Source: Burkholderiales bacterium (GTDB taxonomy: Bacteria > Pseudomonadota > Gammaproteobacteria > Burkholderiales > SG8-39). Taken from it: a DNA stretch of 64,000 bases. Within the stretch, counting starts at the first letter, position 1. Every line of letters starts with the position of its first letter. Positions 27,677-37,610 of this stretch are shown here, piece after piece. The notes beneath the pieces are model-generated. The model did no database searches and had not been told where the DNA came from. It was given only the letters and a program-made list of their open reading frames with translations. The position numbers were made by a program, and so were the translations under genes. Where the stretch lies: contig JAOAEA010000007.1 of NCBI GenBank assembly GCA_026417035.1, positions 9,652-73,651 on the forward strand, in the 5' to 3' direction.

Positions 27677-28816
27677 ATGGTGGATTCCAGAGCCCCTGCC
27701 GCCCACGCCTGGCTGCGCGCCATCACGCTCGCGGCCGTCCTCGTGCTCGCACCCGCCGCGGGATCGGCGGGCACCGCTTCGGCCGATCCGGAGCTCACGT
27801 CGGCGGCGCGGCTGCTCGCCGGGCTGCCGTCGGACTACGCGCCGCACGCCGCCTTCCAGTCGCTCGCCGCGTGGCAGTCCCACCGGGAGGCCATCGGCCG
27901 TTCGTGGTCGGACTTGCGCGCACAGCGCCTCGCCGCGATGGAGCGCTGGCGTGACGCCGAGCTCGCTGCGGCGGCGGCGACCGCCGGCAAGAACCTCGTC
28001 TATCCGTTCAGCGGACCCGATTTCCTGAACGCGTATCTCCTCTTCCCCGGGTACGACACCTACGTGATGTTCGGCCTCGAGAGCCCGGGCGAGCCGCCGC
28101 GCATCGCGGGCCTGGGCGAGCGCGAGGCGGCCGGCTACCTGCGCAGCCTGCGCGTCGCGGTGCAGGACCTCATCGAGCGCAACTACTTCATCACGCAACA
28201 CATGTCGAAGCAGCTCCACACGCCGCAGCTGAAGGGCGTGCTGCCGGTCATCATGGCTTCGATGGCCCTGCTCGACCTCGACATCGCGGCGATCGAGCCC
28301 GTCGAGATCGCGCCCGCTGACGCGGCGAGGCCGCGCGGAAAGGCGATCCAGGCGGTCAAGGTCACGTTCTCGCAGGCGCGGAGCGGGCGGGCGCAGGTGC
28401 TCTATTACCTCTCGCTCGACGCGACCGACCGGGCGCTCGAACGCACCCCCGAGTTCCTCTCGTTCCTCGCGCGGTTCCGCCCGGCGACGACGCTCATCAA
28501 GTCGGCCTCCTATCTCCTCCACGGGCCGTACTTCACGAAGACGCGCGCCGTGCTCCTCGGCGTGACCGATACCCTCGTGCAGGACGACACCGGCATCCCC
28601 TTCGGCATGCTCCAGGCGTCGGGGTGGAGCGTGCGGCTCTACGGGGACTACGAGAAGCCGATCCGCGACTTCGGCCGGTTCGGCTATCAGCGCGACCTCG
28701 AATCGGCCTACCGGTCCGGCCGGGCCGCGGGCCGCCTGCCGTTCCCCTTCGGCTACCACTGGTCGAACGGCAAGTCCACGCTCATGGTGGCGAGCGCCGG
28801 CGCGCGGCTCCCGTGA
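27677..28816 (+). CDS. Exported conserved hypothetical protein
   Basis: Signal peptide; motif-like blocks YPFSGPDFL, RNYFIT, LIKSASYLLH, VQDDTGIP, LPFPFGYHW; GC3-rich codons. Confidence 0.75.
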   Translation: MVDSRAPAAHAWLRAITLAAVLVLAPAAGSAGTASADPELTSAARLLAGLPSDYAPHAAFQSLAAWQSHREAIGRSWSDLRAQRLAAMERWRDAELAAAAATAGKNLVYPFSGPDFLNAYLLFPGYDTYVMFGLESPGEPPRIAGLGEREAAGYLRSLRVAVQDLIERNYFITQHMSKQLHTPQLKGVLPVIMASMALLDLDIAAIEPVEIAPADAARPRGKAIQAVKVTFSQARSGRAQVLYYLSLDATDRALERTPEFLSFLARFRPATTLIKSASYLLHGPYFTKTRAVLLGVTDTLVQDDTGIPFGMLQASGWSVRLYGDYEKPIRDFGRFGYQRDLESAYRSGRAAGRLPFPFGYHWSNGKSTLMVASAGARLP

Positions 28817-29700
28817 GCCGCGGCGGTGTCGCACGCGTGCCAACACCGCTGCGCGCCCTCGCTGCCGCGCTCGCCCTGGCGACGGTCCTGCCCGCGGCGG
28901 CCGACGTGACCGCGCGCCGCTTCACGACCTCGGACGGCGTGAGCCTCAACGTCCTCGAGGCGGCGCCGCGCGGCGCCGACGGCTCCACGCCCGTCGTCGC
29001 CCTGGTCCCGGGGTGGAGCATGCCGGCCTCAATATGGCGCGGCCAGCTTGCGACGCTCGGCACGCGCTTTCGCGTCCTCGCGCTGGATCCGCGCGGCCAA
29101 GGCGATTCGGATGTCCCCTCAGGCGGCTACACGCTCGCGCGCCGCGCCGAGGACCTCGCCGACTTCCTGCGCGCGGAGCGGCGCGTCGTGCTGGTGGGAT
29201 GGTCCCTGGGCGCGCTCGAATCGCTCGAGTTCGTCCGCCGCCACGGCGAAGGCAAGCTCGCGGGGCTGGTGCTCGTGGACAGCTCCGTCGGCGAACCGCC
29301 CGCCCCGCGCGGCTCGGATTTCCTCGACCGGCTGAAGAAAGACCGCGCCGCGGCGCTCGATGGCTTCGTGCGGGCGATCTTCCGCACGCCCCGGACCGAA
29401 GCCGAGATCGCCGCGCTCGTCGCCGGCGCACTGCGCCTGCCCCCTGAGGCGGCCGTTGCCCTGCTCTCCTACCCCGTGCCCCGCGAGCACTGGCGCGCGA
29501 TCGCACGCGGCGTGCGGGCGCCGCTCCTCTACGTCGTCACGCCCCAGTTCGCGCGCCAGGCCGCGAGCCTGAAGCGACACCGGCCGGGCACGGAGGTGGC
29601 GGTCTTCGAGGATGCCGGCCATGCCCTCTTCGTGGACGAGCCGGAGCGGTTCGACGCGCAGCTCGCCGACTTCGTCACGAGGGCCTGGGGGGCGAAGTAG
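28813..29700 (+). CDS. Exported alpha/beta hydrolase (non-heme chloroperoxidase/arylesterase-like)
   Basis: LVPGWS, DPRGQGDS, GWSLG, AGHALFVDEPERF; GTGA overlap with the upstream gene. Confidence 0.82.
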   Translation: MSRGGVARVPTPLRALAAALALATVLPAAADVTARRFTTSDGVSLNVLEAAPRGADGSTPVVALVPGWSMPASIWRGQLATLGTRFRVLALDPRGQGDSDVPSGGYTLARRAEDLADFLRAERRVVLVGWSLGALESLEFVRRHGEGKLAGLVLVDSSVGEPPAPRGSDFLDRLKKDRAAALDGFVRAIFRTPRTEAEIAALVAGALRLPPEAAVALLSYPVPREHWRAIARGVRAPLLYVVTPQFARQAASLKRHRPGTEVAVFEDAGHALFVDEPERFDAQLADFVTRAWGAK

Positions 29701-29725
29701 CCGGACGCCCCGGGCGGGGCGGCGC

Positions 29726-31036
29726 CTACTCGAAGCGCGCGGGGCTGGCGACCGCGAGGAGCTCGAGCGCGCGGCGCGCCTGAGCGGTGCGGGCCCGGAA
29801 CGCGGACATTCGCTGCGGCGCGTCGGGATCGGCGGCGAGCTCCAGGGCCGTTTCGGGGTTCACCGGCTTGCCGTCGACGCGCACCTCGTAGTGGAGGTGC
29901 GGACCGGTCGCCCACCCGGTCTTCCCGACGTAGCCGATGACCTCGCCCTGACGGACGCGCTGGCCACTCGCGAGGCCCGGCGCGAACGCGTCCAGGTGCG
30001 CGTACAGCGTCGCGAGCGACCCGCGGTGCTTGACGATCACCACGTTGCCGTAGCCGCGATATTCCGGTCCCGCGGCGATCTCGGCCACGCCGTCCGCGGT
30101 CGCGTGCACCGGCGTGCCGATCGGCGCCGCGTAGTCGACACCGGGATGCGAAGCCTGGAAGCGCCGCCCGATCTGGCGCGTCTTGCCGTACCAGGACGTG
30201 ACTTCGGTGAACTCGAGCGGTGCCGGCAGGAACTCGCGGTCGAGCGTGAACCCTTCGGGCCCGTAGTAATCGCCACCCCTGCCCTCCGGCGCGAACCAGA
30301 ACGCGCGATAGGGCTTTCCCTTGCGCACGACCTCGACGCCGAGGACCCGGCCGGGCCGGGCACCCGCGGGCGTCGCGTGCTCTTCGAATACGACCGCGAA
30401 CCGGTCGATCTCCCGGGCGGCTGCGTGCAGGTCGAACTGCTTCTCGAAGATCCTCCGGACCTGCTCGGCAACCGGCTTCGGCAGCCCGGCCGCCTCGAAG
30501 GCAGCGAAGAGTGAGGCGCCGCCCCGGCCCGCCCGGAAGCGCGTCTGCACCGCCTCGGCCTGCGCCTGGCGGGCCACGCGGAATCCCGCGCCATCGCGGG
30601 TGAGGCGCCAAGCGTCGCCGCCCGGCGTCAGATACTCGAGCTCGATCAGCTCCCCGCTGCCGCGGCGGGTGGCGCGCACCAGCGAGCCCGGGAGCGCCGA
30701 TCGCAAGGGCGAAGCCGAAGGACTCGTGCGCAGGAAGCGCTCGGCCGCAGCGTCCAACACTCCAACCCGGGCCAACGCGGCGAAGAGCGTATCCCCGCGC
30801 GACAGGAACTCGGGCGCGACGACGACCTCATCGTCGTCGACCGCCCCGACGAGGGCCCCGTCGATGAGGGCCGGCGCAACGACGGTCTCGGCCGCCGGTG
30901 GTCGGACGCCGCTATCGACGCTGGCGGTGACGACGACGGCCGGGAGCGCAAGCACGCCGGCGGCGATCGCCGCGAGTCGCCACGTTGGCGGTCGGTGAGT
31001 CGTCAAGCAGGGTCGGATGGGTGCGGGAAGCCGCAA
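29726..31036 (-). CDS. M23 family peptidoglycan DD-endopeptidase (MepM-like)
   Basis: HPGVDY, GTPVHATADG, GYGNVVIVKH, TLYAHL, TGPHLHYEVR; N-terminal TM; start uncertain. Confidence 0.88.
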   Translation of the reverse strand: MRLPAPIRPCLTTHRPPTWRLAAIAAGVLALPAVVVTASVDSGVRPPAAETVVAPALIDGALVGAVDDDEVVVAPEFLSRGDTLFAALARVGVLDAAAERFLRTSPSASPLRSALPGSLVRATRRGSGELIELEYLTPGGDAWRLTRDGAGFRVARQAQAEAVQTRFRAGRGGASLFAAFEAAGLPKPVAEQVRRIFEKQFDLHAAAREIDRFAVVFEEHATPAGARPGRVLGVEVVRKGKPYRAFWFAPEGRGGDYYGPEGFTLDREFLPAPLEFTEVTSWYGKTRQIGRRFQASHPGVDYAAPIGTPVHATADGVAEIAAGPEYRGYGNVVIVKHRGSLATLYAHLDAFAPGLASGQRVRQGEVIGYVGKTGWATGPHLHYEVRVDGKPVNPETALELAADPDAPQRMSAFRARTAQARRALELLAVASPARFE

Positions 31037-31738
31037 CTCTACCAGCGACGCCCGGGGGGCTCAATGATCCAAGTCGCCCTGCATACACGTGTTTTTTATT
31101 TCTTTTTATCAAGATATTAGAAGATCTTTCTAACGTTTTTTCGAGGAATCATGAGGCACGCCCACCTCGGCGGCTCCCCGCTGCCGCCGCTGCCGGCCGC
31201 CCCGCTCGCCGCTTGGGGAAGCGATAGCCACGTGCCCTCGGAACCGGCGCGAGTGCTCCGGCACGGTTCCCCTGCGGTTCGCGCCCCAAACTCGGGGGCC
31301 GTCGAAGCTCTATGCATGGACGGGCCCGTCACCTGGAGGCCCCTGTTCGCCTTGCCTAGGTCCCCGAGCGAATCCCTGGCCCAACGGGCCGCCGGCTCAC
31401 CGCCCGGCCCCGCCAGTGCGGTCGAGCTTGTGACGCCGCGAGCGGCTGCAGAGCGCGCCAGTGGCCCGTCCCGGGCGTCGCTTCTCTGCGCTTCGCGCGC
31501 GAAGTACGATCCCGGGAACCCCGCTGCTCGGTCCGGCGCGGGGCGCGCCCGGGAGGGAGCTCGCTCCAGGCGGCCCGGGGCGGCCGTCCGGCCAAACGGC
31601 GGCGACGCAGCCCGCTCGGATCGCGCCCCTGCGAGCGTCGCCGTTCACCGATGGCCGGGCGCGAGCGCCCTCGCCCGTGCGGGCCGCGCAGCGCGTGCAA
31701 CGAATACCGGGAGGGCTCGAGGGAGCCGCGGCCGAACC

Positions 31739-32389
31739 ATGAACCTCTTCGCCGTCGACGTCGCCGGAGAATCGCTCGGGCTCTTGCCGGAGCGGTGCGC
31801 GTTCTGGGCACGCGAGGGGGTGCTCTTCGTCGCCGACGCCCACTTGGGCAAAGCCGCCGCGTTCCGGGCGGCCGGCGGGCCCGCCGCGCGGGGAACGACC
31901 GCCGACAACCTCGCGCGCCTCGACGCCGCGCTCGCGCGCACGCGCGCCAGCCGCATCGTCTTCCTCGGCGACTTCCTCCACGCGCCGCGCGGCCGCGCGC
32001 CCGGAACCCTCGAAGCGCTCGCCGCCTGGCGCGAGCGCCATCCGCGGCTCACCGTCGCGCTGGTGCGCGGCAACCACGACCGCGGCGCGGGCGAGCCGCC
32101 CGCGTCGCTGCGCTTCCTCGTCGCTTCCGAGCCGCTCGCCGCAGGGCCGTTCGCGCTCTGCCACGAGCCACGCGAAGTGCCCGGGGCCTACGCCCTCGCC
32201 GGGCATGTGCACCCGTCGTTCACCGTGCGCGGCAAGGCCAACCAGGCGCTGCGGCTGCCCTGCTTCTGGTTCGGCCCGCGCTGGGGGATCCTGCCCGCGT
32301 TCGGCGACTTCGCCGGCACGGCACCGATCGGCCGCGCCGCCGAGGACCGCGTGTTCGTCGTCGCCGGCGGCGAGGTGATCGCCGCTTGA
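31739..32389 (+). CDS. pdeM: Ligase-associated DNA damage response endonuclease PdeM
   Basis: VADAHLGK, LGDFLH, RGNHD, LCHEP, AGHVHP, LRLPCF, LPAFG. Confidence 0.85.
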   Translation: MNLFAVDVAGESLGLLPERCAFWAREGVLFVADAHLGKAAAFRAAGGPAARGTTADNLARLDAALARTRASRIVFLGDFLHAPRGRAPGTLEALAAWRERHPRLTVALVRGNHDRGAGEPPASLRFLVASEPLAAGPFALCHEPREVPGAYALAGHVHPSFTVRGKANQALRLPCFWFGPRWGILPAFGDFAGTAPIGRAAEDRVFVVAGGEVIAA

Positions 32390-32463
32390 GTGGCCATCCG
32401 CCCCGAATCGCAAGGATCGCCGGGTTCGGCAAGGTCGAGGGGGTCTGCCCCTCGGCGGCGCGA

Positions 32464-33075
32464 CTAGCTTCGGGCGCGAAACGTCGGCAGCCGGATGCGC
32501 CAGCGGATGGCGGCGAGCCGTACCGCGACGATCAGCGCGAACGCCACGGCGGCAGCGAGCGGGGCGGCGACGCCCGAGCTGCCGAGGCCGACGTAGAGGA
32601 GCGCGCCGGCCCACGCGGCGGTGCCGTAGAGCTCGCTGGAGAACACGAGCGGCACCTCGTTCGCCAGCATGTCGCGTAGCACGCCGCCGAAGACCCCGGT
32701 GACCACGCCGAGAAACGTCGCCGCGAGCCAGGGGACCTCGTAGGCGAGCGCGATCTCGGTGCCGACGACCGTGAAGAGCGCGAGGCCGATCGCGTCGGGC
32801 AGGAGAAAGAGGTTCGGCGGCAGCCGCACGAGCCGCACCAGCGCGAAAGTCGCGACGCCGGCGGCGAGCGCGCAGACGAGGTAGGTCGGATCCGCGATCC
32901 AGAACGCCGGCCGGTCGAGCAGCAGGTCGCGCAGCGTCCCGCCGCCGAGCGCGGCCGTGAGCGCGACGAGCACCATGCCGAAGAGGTCGATCGGCTTGCG
33001 CCCGGCTTCCAGCACCCCGGTCGCCGCCGAGACCGCCACCGCCGCCACACCCGCCCAATAGATGAGTTCGTCCAT
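32464..33075 (-). CDS. TRIC (UPF0126/YadS-like) membrane protein
   Basis: DLFG, ALGGGTLRDLLL, DAIGLALF, GVFGGVLRDML, ELYG. Confidence 0.88.
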   Translation of the reverse strand: MDELIYWAGVAAVAVSAATGVLEAGRKPIDLFGMVLVALTAALGGGTLRDLLLDRPAFWIADPTYLVCALAAGVATFALVRLVRLPPNLFLLPDAIGLALFTVVGTEIALAYEVPWLAATFLGVVTGVFGGVLRDMLANEVPLVFSSELYGTAAWAGALLYVGLGSSGVAAPLAAAVAFALIVAVRLAAIRWRIRLPTFRARS

Positions 33076-33169
33076 CGCGTACGCCCCCTTGCCGACGGAC
33101 GCAGGTTACGCGATGCGCGGCGGGCGCGGCCGCAGCCGGCCGCGCGCCGGCGGCGGTTAGAATCCGCTG

Positions 33170-34360
33170 ATGCTGCCTCTCTCCGGCATCCGCGTCGTCG
33201 AGTTCGGCCAGGTCGCGGCGGGCCCGTTCTGCGGCATGCTGCTCGCCGACATGGGGGCCGACGTGATCAAGGTCGAGTCACCCGAGGGCGACGGCCTTCG
33301 CGCCTGGCCCCCGCACACGAAGAACCCGGCGGCCCCGGACGCGCCGGGGTTCTCCGAGAACTTCGCCTCCGTGAACCGCAACAAGCGCTCGGTGGTCCTC
33401 GATCTGCGCGACGCGCCCGCTCGCGCCGCGGCCCGGCGGCTCGCCCTGTCCGCAGACGTCGTGCTCGAGAATTTCCGGCCGGGCGTGCTCGCGAAGCTCG
33501 GTCTCGGTTACGAGGCGCTCGCCAAGGAAAAGCCCGCGCTCGTGTACTGCTCGATCTCCGCCTTCGGGCAGGCCGGGCCGCGCGCGCAGGAGGGCGGCTT
33601 CGATCTCACCATCCAGGCGATCGGTGGCGTCATGAGCGTCACCGGCGAGCCCGGCGGGCGGCCGGTCAAGTGCGGCGTGCCGCTCTCGGATTTCTCCGCG
33701 GGCCTTTACGCGGCCTTCGCCATCGTCTCGGCGCTGCGCAAGGCCGGCCGCGACGGCCTCGGCCAGCACATCGACGTGGCGATGCTCGGGGCGACGCTCG
33801 GCATCGCCGCGCTCCAGACAAGCGAGTATTTCGGGACCGGGCGCGACCCGGTGAAGCTCGGCTCGGCGCACCCACGGAACGCGCCCTACCAGGCGTTCCG
33901 GGCTGGCGACGGGGACTTCGCGATGGCGGCGGGTAACGACCGGCTCTGGCTCGCGGTGTGCGACGCGCTCGGCCGCGCCGACCTCGCCGCCGATCCGCGG
34001 TTCGCCACCACGGCCCTGCGCGCGAAGAACCAGGAGGCGCTGCGCGACCTGCTCGAGGCCGAATTCGCCGGGCGCACGGTCGCCGACCTCCTCTCGCTCT
34101 TCGCCGCGCGTGGCGTCCCGTGCGCGCCGATCAACACCTATTCGCAGGTGCTCGCCGACCCGCAGGTGGCGGACATGGGCTGGGTGCGCCCGCTGGAGCT
34201 CCCGAACGGCGCGCACACGCTCACGTTCGTTTCGCCGTTGCGCATGAGCCGCGAGACCTTCGGCGTGTACCGCCGCCCGCCCGCGCTCGGCGAGCACACG
34301 GCCGAGGTGCTGGCCGAGCTCGGCCTCGCTCCGGAGGCCGGCCGCGAGGCGGACGCGTGA
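33170..34360 (+). CDS. Family III (CaiB/BaiF) CoA-transferase
   Basis: PLSGIRVVE, AGPFCGMLLADMGADVIKVE, NRNKRS, ENFRPG, GGFDL, PPALGEHT. Confidence 0.92.
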   Translation: MLPLSGIRVVEFGQVAAGPFCGMLLADMGADVIKVESPEGDGLRAWPPHTKNPAAPDAPGFSENFASVNRNKRSVVLDLRDAPARAAARRLALSADVVLENFRPGVLAKLGLGYEALAKEKPALVYCSISAFGQAGPRAQEGGFDLTIQAIGGVMSVTGEPGGRPVKCGVPLSDFSAGLYAAFAIVSALRKAGRDGLGQHIDVAMLGATLGIAALQTSEYFGTGRDPVKLGSAHPRNAPYQAFRAGDGDFAMAAGNDRLWLAVCDALGRADLAADPRFATTALRAKNQEALRDLLEAEFAGRTVADLLSLFAARGVPCAPINTYSQVLADPQVADMGWVRPLELPNGAHTLTFVSPLRMSRETFGVYRRPPALGEHTAEVLAELGLAPEAGREADA

Positions 34361-34385
34361 CGGGGCGTCCCGCGGTGGCCGGCGC

Positions 34386-34994
34386 ATGAAGAACCTCGCG
34401 CGTTTCCGGACGTTCGTGGCGCGGATGAGCGCGCTCGTCGAGCGCCATGGGGGCGACGAGCCGCGCATCCTCGACGAGGGCGCCGCGCTGCTCGCCGAGC
34501 TCGTGCGTCACGACGACTGGCTGCCGGACGAGTGCGCGGCCGCCGCGGCCGAATCGTATCGGCAGTATCTCCTCTACTGCGACCCGCAGGAGCGGTTCTC
34601 GGTCGTGAGCTTCGTCTGGGGGCCGGGCCAGCGCACGCCCATCCACGATCACACCGTATGGGGGCTCGTCGGCGTCCTGCGCGGCGCGGAGGTCTGCCGC
34701 GAATACGGTCCGCCGGCCCACGGCCGGCCGATGGCCGCGCGCGGCGAGCATCGCGTCGGGCCGGGCGACGTCGACCGGGTGTCGCCGCGAATCGGCGACA
34801 TCCACGTCGTCGCCAACGCGCTTGCGGACCGCGCTTCGATCAGCATCCACGTCTATGGCGCCAACATCGGCGCCGTCGCGCGCCACGTGTACGACGAGGC
34901 CACCGGCGCGGTGCGCCCGTTCGTCTCCGGCTACCACAACGCGGCGCTGCCCAACTTCTGGGACCGCTCGGCGGAGATCGGTCCGCGGACCTGA
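34386..34994 (+). CDS. Gln-type thiol dioxygenase (3-mercaptopropionate dioxygenase / CDO family)
   Basis: YRQYLLY, SFVWGPGQRTPIHDHTVWG, GDIHVV, SISIHVYG. Confidence 0.85.
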   Translation: MKNLARFRTFVARMSALVERHGGDEPRILDEGAALLAELVRHDDWLPDECAAAAAESYRQYLLYCDPQERFSVVSFVWGPGQRTPIHDHTVWGLVGVLRGAEVCREYGPPAHGRPMAARGEHRVGPGDVDRVSPRIGDIHVVANALADRASISIHVYGANIGAVARHVYDEATGAVRPFVSGYHNAALPNFWDRSAEIGPRT

Positions 34995-35082
34995 GCGGGG
35001 ACGGGCCGGCGGCGCGACCGCGTGGCTGTTAGACTCGCGACGAGGGAGTCGAACCCGACTCCACGCCCAGGGAGAGAAAACC

Positions 35083-35463
35083 ATGCACCGCTTCGGTCCT
35101 CGCGCCGCGCTCGCGCTCGCCGTGGCCGCCCTCGCCGGCTGCGCGCCCGGCGCCTGGAACGAGCAGTCGGCGTTCGACCAGTTCATCTACAAGCTCCAGG
35201 CCGTCTGCCCTTACGCGCGCTCCGGCCAATGGCAGATTTACGCGGGGGCGACCTCGCTCGTCAACAACGCGACTTTCCTCGATCTCACCTCGCGCCTCTA
35301 CTACGGGAAGATCTCGCGATCCCAGTACGCGACCGGCGTCGCGAGCCTCACGTTCGGCCGCGAGAACGACCCGGCGATCCTGTGCGTCTTCGAGAACCTG
35401 CCGGCCCAGCCGGCGTCCGACGCGCCGGACCGCATGCGCGCGCCGCCGCCACCCGGAAACTAG
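35083..35463 (+). CDS. Hypothetical lipoprotein
   Basis: Lipobox LAGC; FLDLTSRLYYGKIS; two further Cys; GGAGAG RBS. Confidence 0.75.
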   Translation: MHRFGPRAALALAVAALAGCAPGAWNEQSAFDQFIYKLQAVCPYARSGQWQIYAGATSLVNNATFLDLTSRLYYGKISRSQYATGVASLTFGRENDPAILCVFENLPAQPASDAPDRMRAPPPPGN

Positions 35464-35733
35464 CCGCGCTGGTAGCCGCATGGCCAGCGCGCGACACCGC
35501 GCCCGGCGTTGGGCACGGTGTGGGCGAAGCGCGCCGGGACGACGGAATCTATTGCCCGGGACGCGGGCGGTGCACCGCCCCCCGAGCTCGAGCTCGATCA
35601 CGCCATCCGCGGGCATGACGAGCCCGTCGGTGGCGCGCACGAACCCTTCCCGCGTCGGGCCCGGCGGATCGACCCAGAGCTCGTAGGAAACGCGGGTGGC
35701 CCGGTCGTCGCGCGCTGTTTCGAGGCGGCTCAT
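35460..35733 (-). pseudogene. Decayed small cupin gene (frameshift plus lost metal ligands)
   Basis: One frame gives ELWVDPPGPTREGFVRATDGLVMPADGVIELELGG; the adjacent frame gives VVPARFAHTVPNAGRGVARWPCGYQRG* ending at 35460. Confidence 0.6.
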
Positions 35734-35743
35734 CGGCGCGGCC

Positions 35744-35782
35744 AGGGAATGTCTGAGGGAAAAGGGGGACGCGCTCCCTTTG
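35744..35782 (+). repeat. ~40-bp dispersed repeat (copy 2)
   Basis: AGGGAATGTCTGAGGGAAAAGGGGGACGCGCTCCCTTTG; first 14 nt identical to reverse complement of 37638-37651. Confidence 0.75.
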
Positions 35783-35836
35783 ACTCCCGATTTCAGAGGA
35801 AGCCCTGATCCGTTCGGCGGAAAGATCGGAGCTTTC

Positions 35837-36631
35837 CTACGAGCAGCCGTAGGACTGCTGAATGCGCATCACGGGCTGCGCGGCGAGCTCGTAGATGCGG
35901 TAGGTGAGCTGGCAGCGCGTGCTCGCGCCCGCCGGCTCGACGTCCATGCGGGCGAGGAGGTAGGCGGGACCCGCGGGCACGACGCGCACCGCGTAGCCGC
36001 CGAGGATCGCGCGGCCGCCGAGGTCCTCGGGATAGAAACGCCACCGCGCGCCGCCGATCGCGAGCTCGTAGCCGCCCTTGCCGAACGGATCCAGGCGCGA
36101 CGCGACGGGCTCGGCCTGCATGTCCGGGCGGGTGGCGATCACGAACACGACGTCCTCGGGCAGCACCGCCTTCTTCGCGAGCGCCGGCCCGCAGATGAGG
36201 CCGGAGAGGAACGGCCCGATGATCTCGCGGCCCTCGCGGTCGGCCTGGTAGGTCACCGTGCCGATCGCCCGGGCCGGGCTCACCTCGAGGACCGAGTCGG
36301 GCGCGAGCGCGAAGTAGCGCTGCCACCCCTTCGGGAACGGGATCGTCGCCGGGTACTCGAACACGGCGCGCCCGTTGAGGGGGTTGCGGGCCGCCTTCAC
36401 GCGCTCGGCGTCGGGCCGCGCGAGGGGGAACTCCGTGAAATAGCGCTGCGCGGTCTTCTGCCAGTTGATCCGCGGGCTCGCCTCGAAGCAGACTTCGCCG
36501 CCGCGCACGCTCATCACCCGCAGCGGCTCGGGCAGCGCGGGCCCCTGCGCGAGCGCCGCGGGGGCAGCGAGCGCGATCCCCGCCGCCGCCGCGAGGCGCG
36601 CCGCGCGCTCAAGCGCCCTTGAAGCGCTCAT
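35837..36631 (-). CDS. Exported hypothetical protein
   Basis: Signal peptide ([15 protein letters not shown]); 264 aa with 4 Cys; GC3-biased frame; overlaps the upstream CMD gene. Confidence 0.7.
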   Translation of the reverse strand: MSASRALERAARLAAAAGIALAAPAALAQGPALPEPLRVMSVRGGEVCFEASPRINWQKTAQRYFTEFPLARPDAERVKAARNPLNGRAVFEYPATIPFPKGWQRYFALAPDSVLEVSPARAIGTVTYQADREGREIIGPFLSGLICGPALAKKAVLPEDVVFVIATRPDMQAEPVASRLDPFGKGGYELAIGGARWRFYPEDLGGRAILGGYAVRVVPAGPAYLLARMDVEPAGASTRCQLTYRIYELAAQPVMRIQQSYGCS

Positions 36632-37001
36632 CGACCGGGATCCGGTAGCCGTTGGCGAGCCTGTTGGTCTCGTTCGCGAGCCCGACCACGGCGAGGAGCT
36701 CGGCGAGCATCGCGTCGTCCATGCCCTTGGCGCGCGCCGCGGCGCCGTGCGATTGGATGCAATATTCACAGTTGTTGGTGACGCTCACCGCGATGTAGAC
36801 GAGCTCCTTGGTGAGCGGGTCGAGCGCGCCGGGCGCCATCACCTGCTTCACATTCTCCCACAGCCGCGCGAGCGTCGGCGGGTGCACGGCGAGCGCCTTC
36901 CAGAAGTTGTTGACGTCATCGGTGCCGCGCGTCGCCATGATGTCTTCGTACACCGCGCGCACCTCGGGCGGCGCCTCGCCGTACTCGATGAGCCTCGCCA
37001 T
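36609..37001 (-). CDS. Carboxymuconolactone decarboxylase/AhpD-like peroxidase family protein
   Basis: [36 protein letters not shown]. Confidence 0.88.
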   Translation of the reverse strand: MARLIEYGEAPPEVRAVYEDIMATRGTDDVNNFWKALAVHPPTLARLWENVKQVMAPGALDPLTKELVYIAVSVTNNCEYCIQSHGAAARAKGMDDAMLAELLAVVGLANETNRLANGYRIPVDERFKGA

Positions 37002-37202
37002 CGCCTGGTCCTCTCCAGCGGAACGGAACAGCCTGCCCGGGAACGCCCGAACCGGGGGAACATCGCACTTCGCACCCTGCGCCAGGACGAGCCGCGATCC
37101 GTCTTGCGCACGAATCCCGGCTTCCCTAGCATGCCGCAGACGCGCCTGCGCGGCCGGATTCTATGTCGGTCCGCCGCCGGGCGCGCGCGATGCGAAAGGA
37201 CG

Positions 37203-37601
37203 ATGGCGATGGCGAAAGTGACGAAGACCGACGCCGAGTGGCGGGCCGCGCTCTCCGAGGCCGAGTACCAGGTCACCCGCAGGCACGCGACGGAGCCCGC
37301 GTTCACCGGGCGGTACTGGGACAGCAAGGAGCGCGGCACCTATCGGTGCGTCTGCTGCGGAGAGCCCCTCTTCAGCTCCGAGCACAAGTACGACTCCGGC
37401 AGCGGCTGGCCCTCCTACTGGCAGCCGCTCTCCCAGGACGCCGTGGCGACGGCCGAGGACGCGAGCCACGGTATGCGCCGCACCGAGGTCCACTGCGCCC
37501 GGTGCGAGGCCCACCTCGGGCACGTGTTCGAGGACGGTCCGGAGCCGACGGGGCTCCGGTACTGCATCAACTCGGCGGCGCTGCGCTTCGAGAAGGGCTG
37601 A
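37203..37601 (+). CDS. msrB: Peptide-methionine (R)-S-oxide reductase
   Basis: [43 protein letters not shown]. Confidence 0.95.
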   Translation: MAMAKVTKTDAEWRAALSEAEYQVTRRHATEPAFTGRYWDSKERGTYRCVCCGEPLFSSEHKYDSGSGWPSYWQPLSQDAVATAEDASHGMRRTEVHCARCEAHLGHVFEDGPEPTGLRYCINSAALRFEKG

Positions 37602-37610
37602 CCGGGTGCT

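Noticed and set aside
31151-31738. 196-aa N-terminal extension of PdeM
   Set aside because: Lacks GC3 bias and motifs; PdeM homology starts at ATG 31739
37203-37601. Selenocysteine recoding in MsrB or neighbouring redox genes
   Set aside because: Catalytic positions are encoded as Cys; no in-frame TGA
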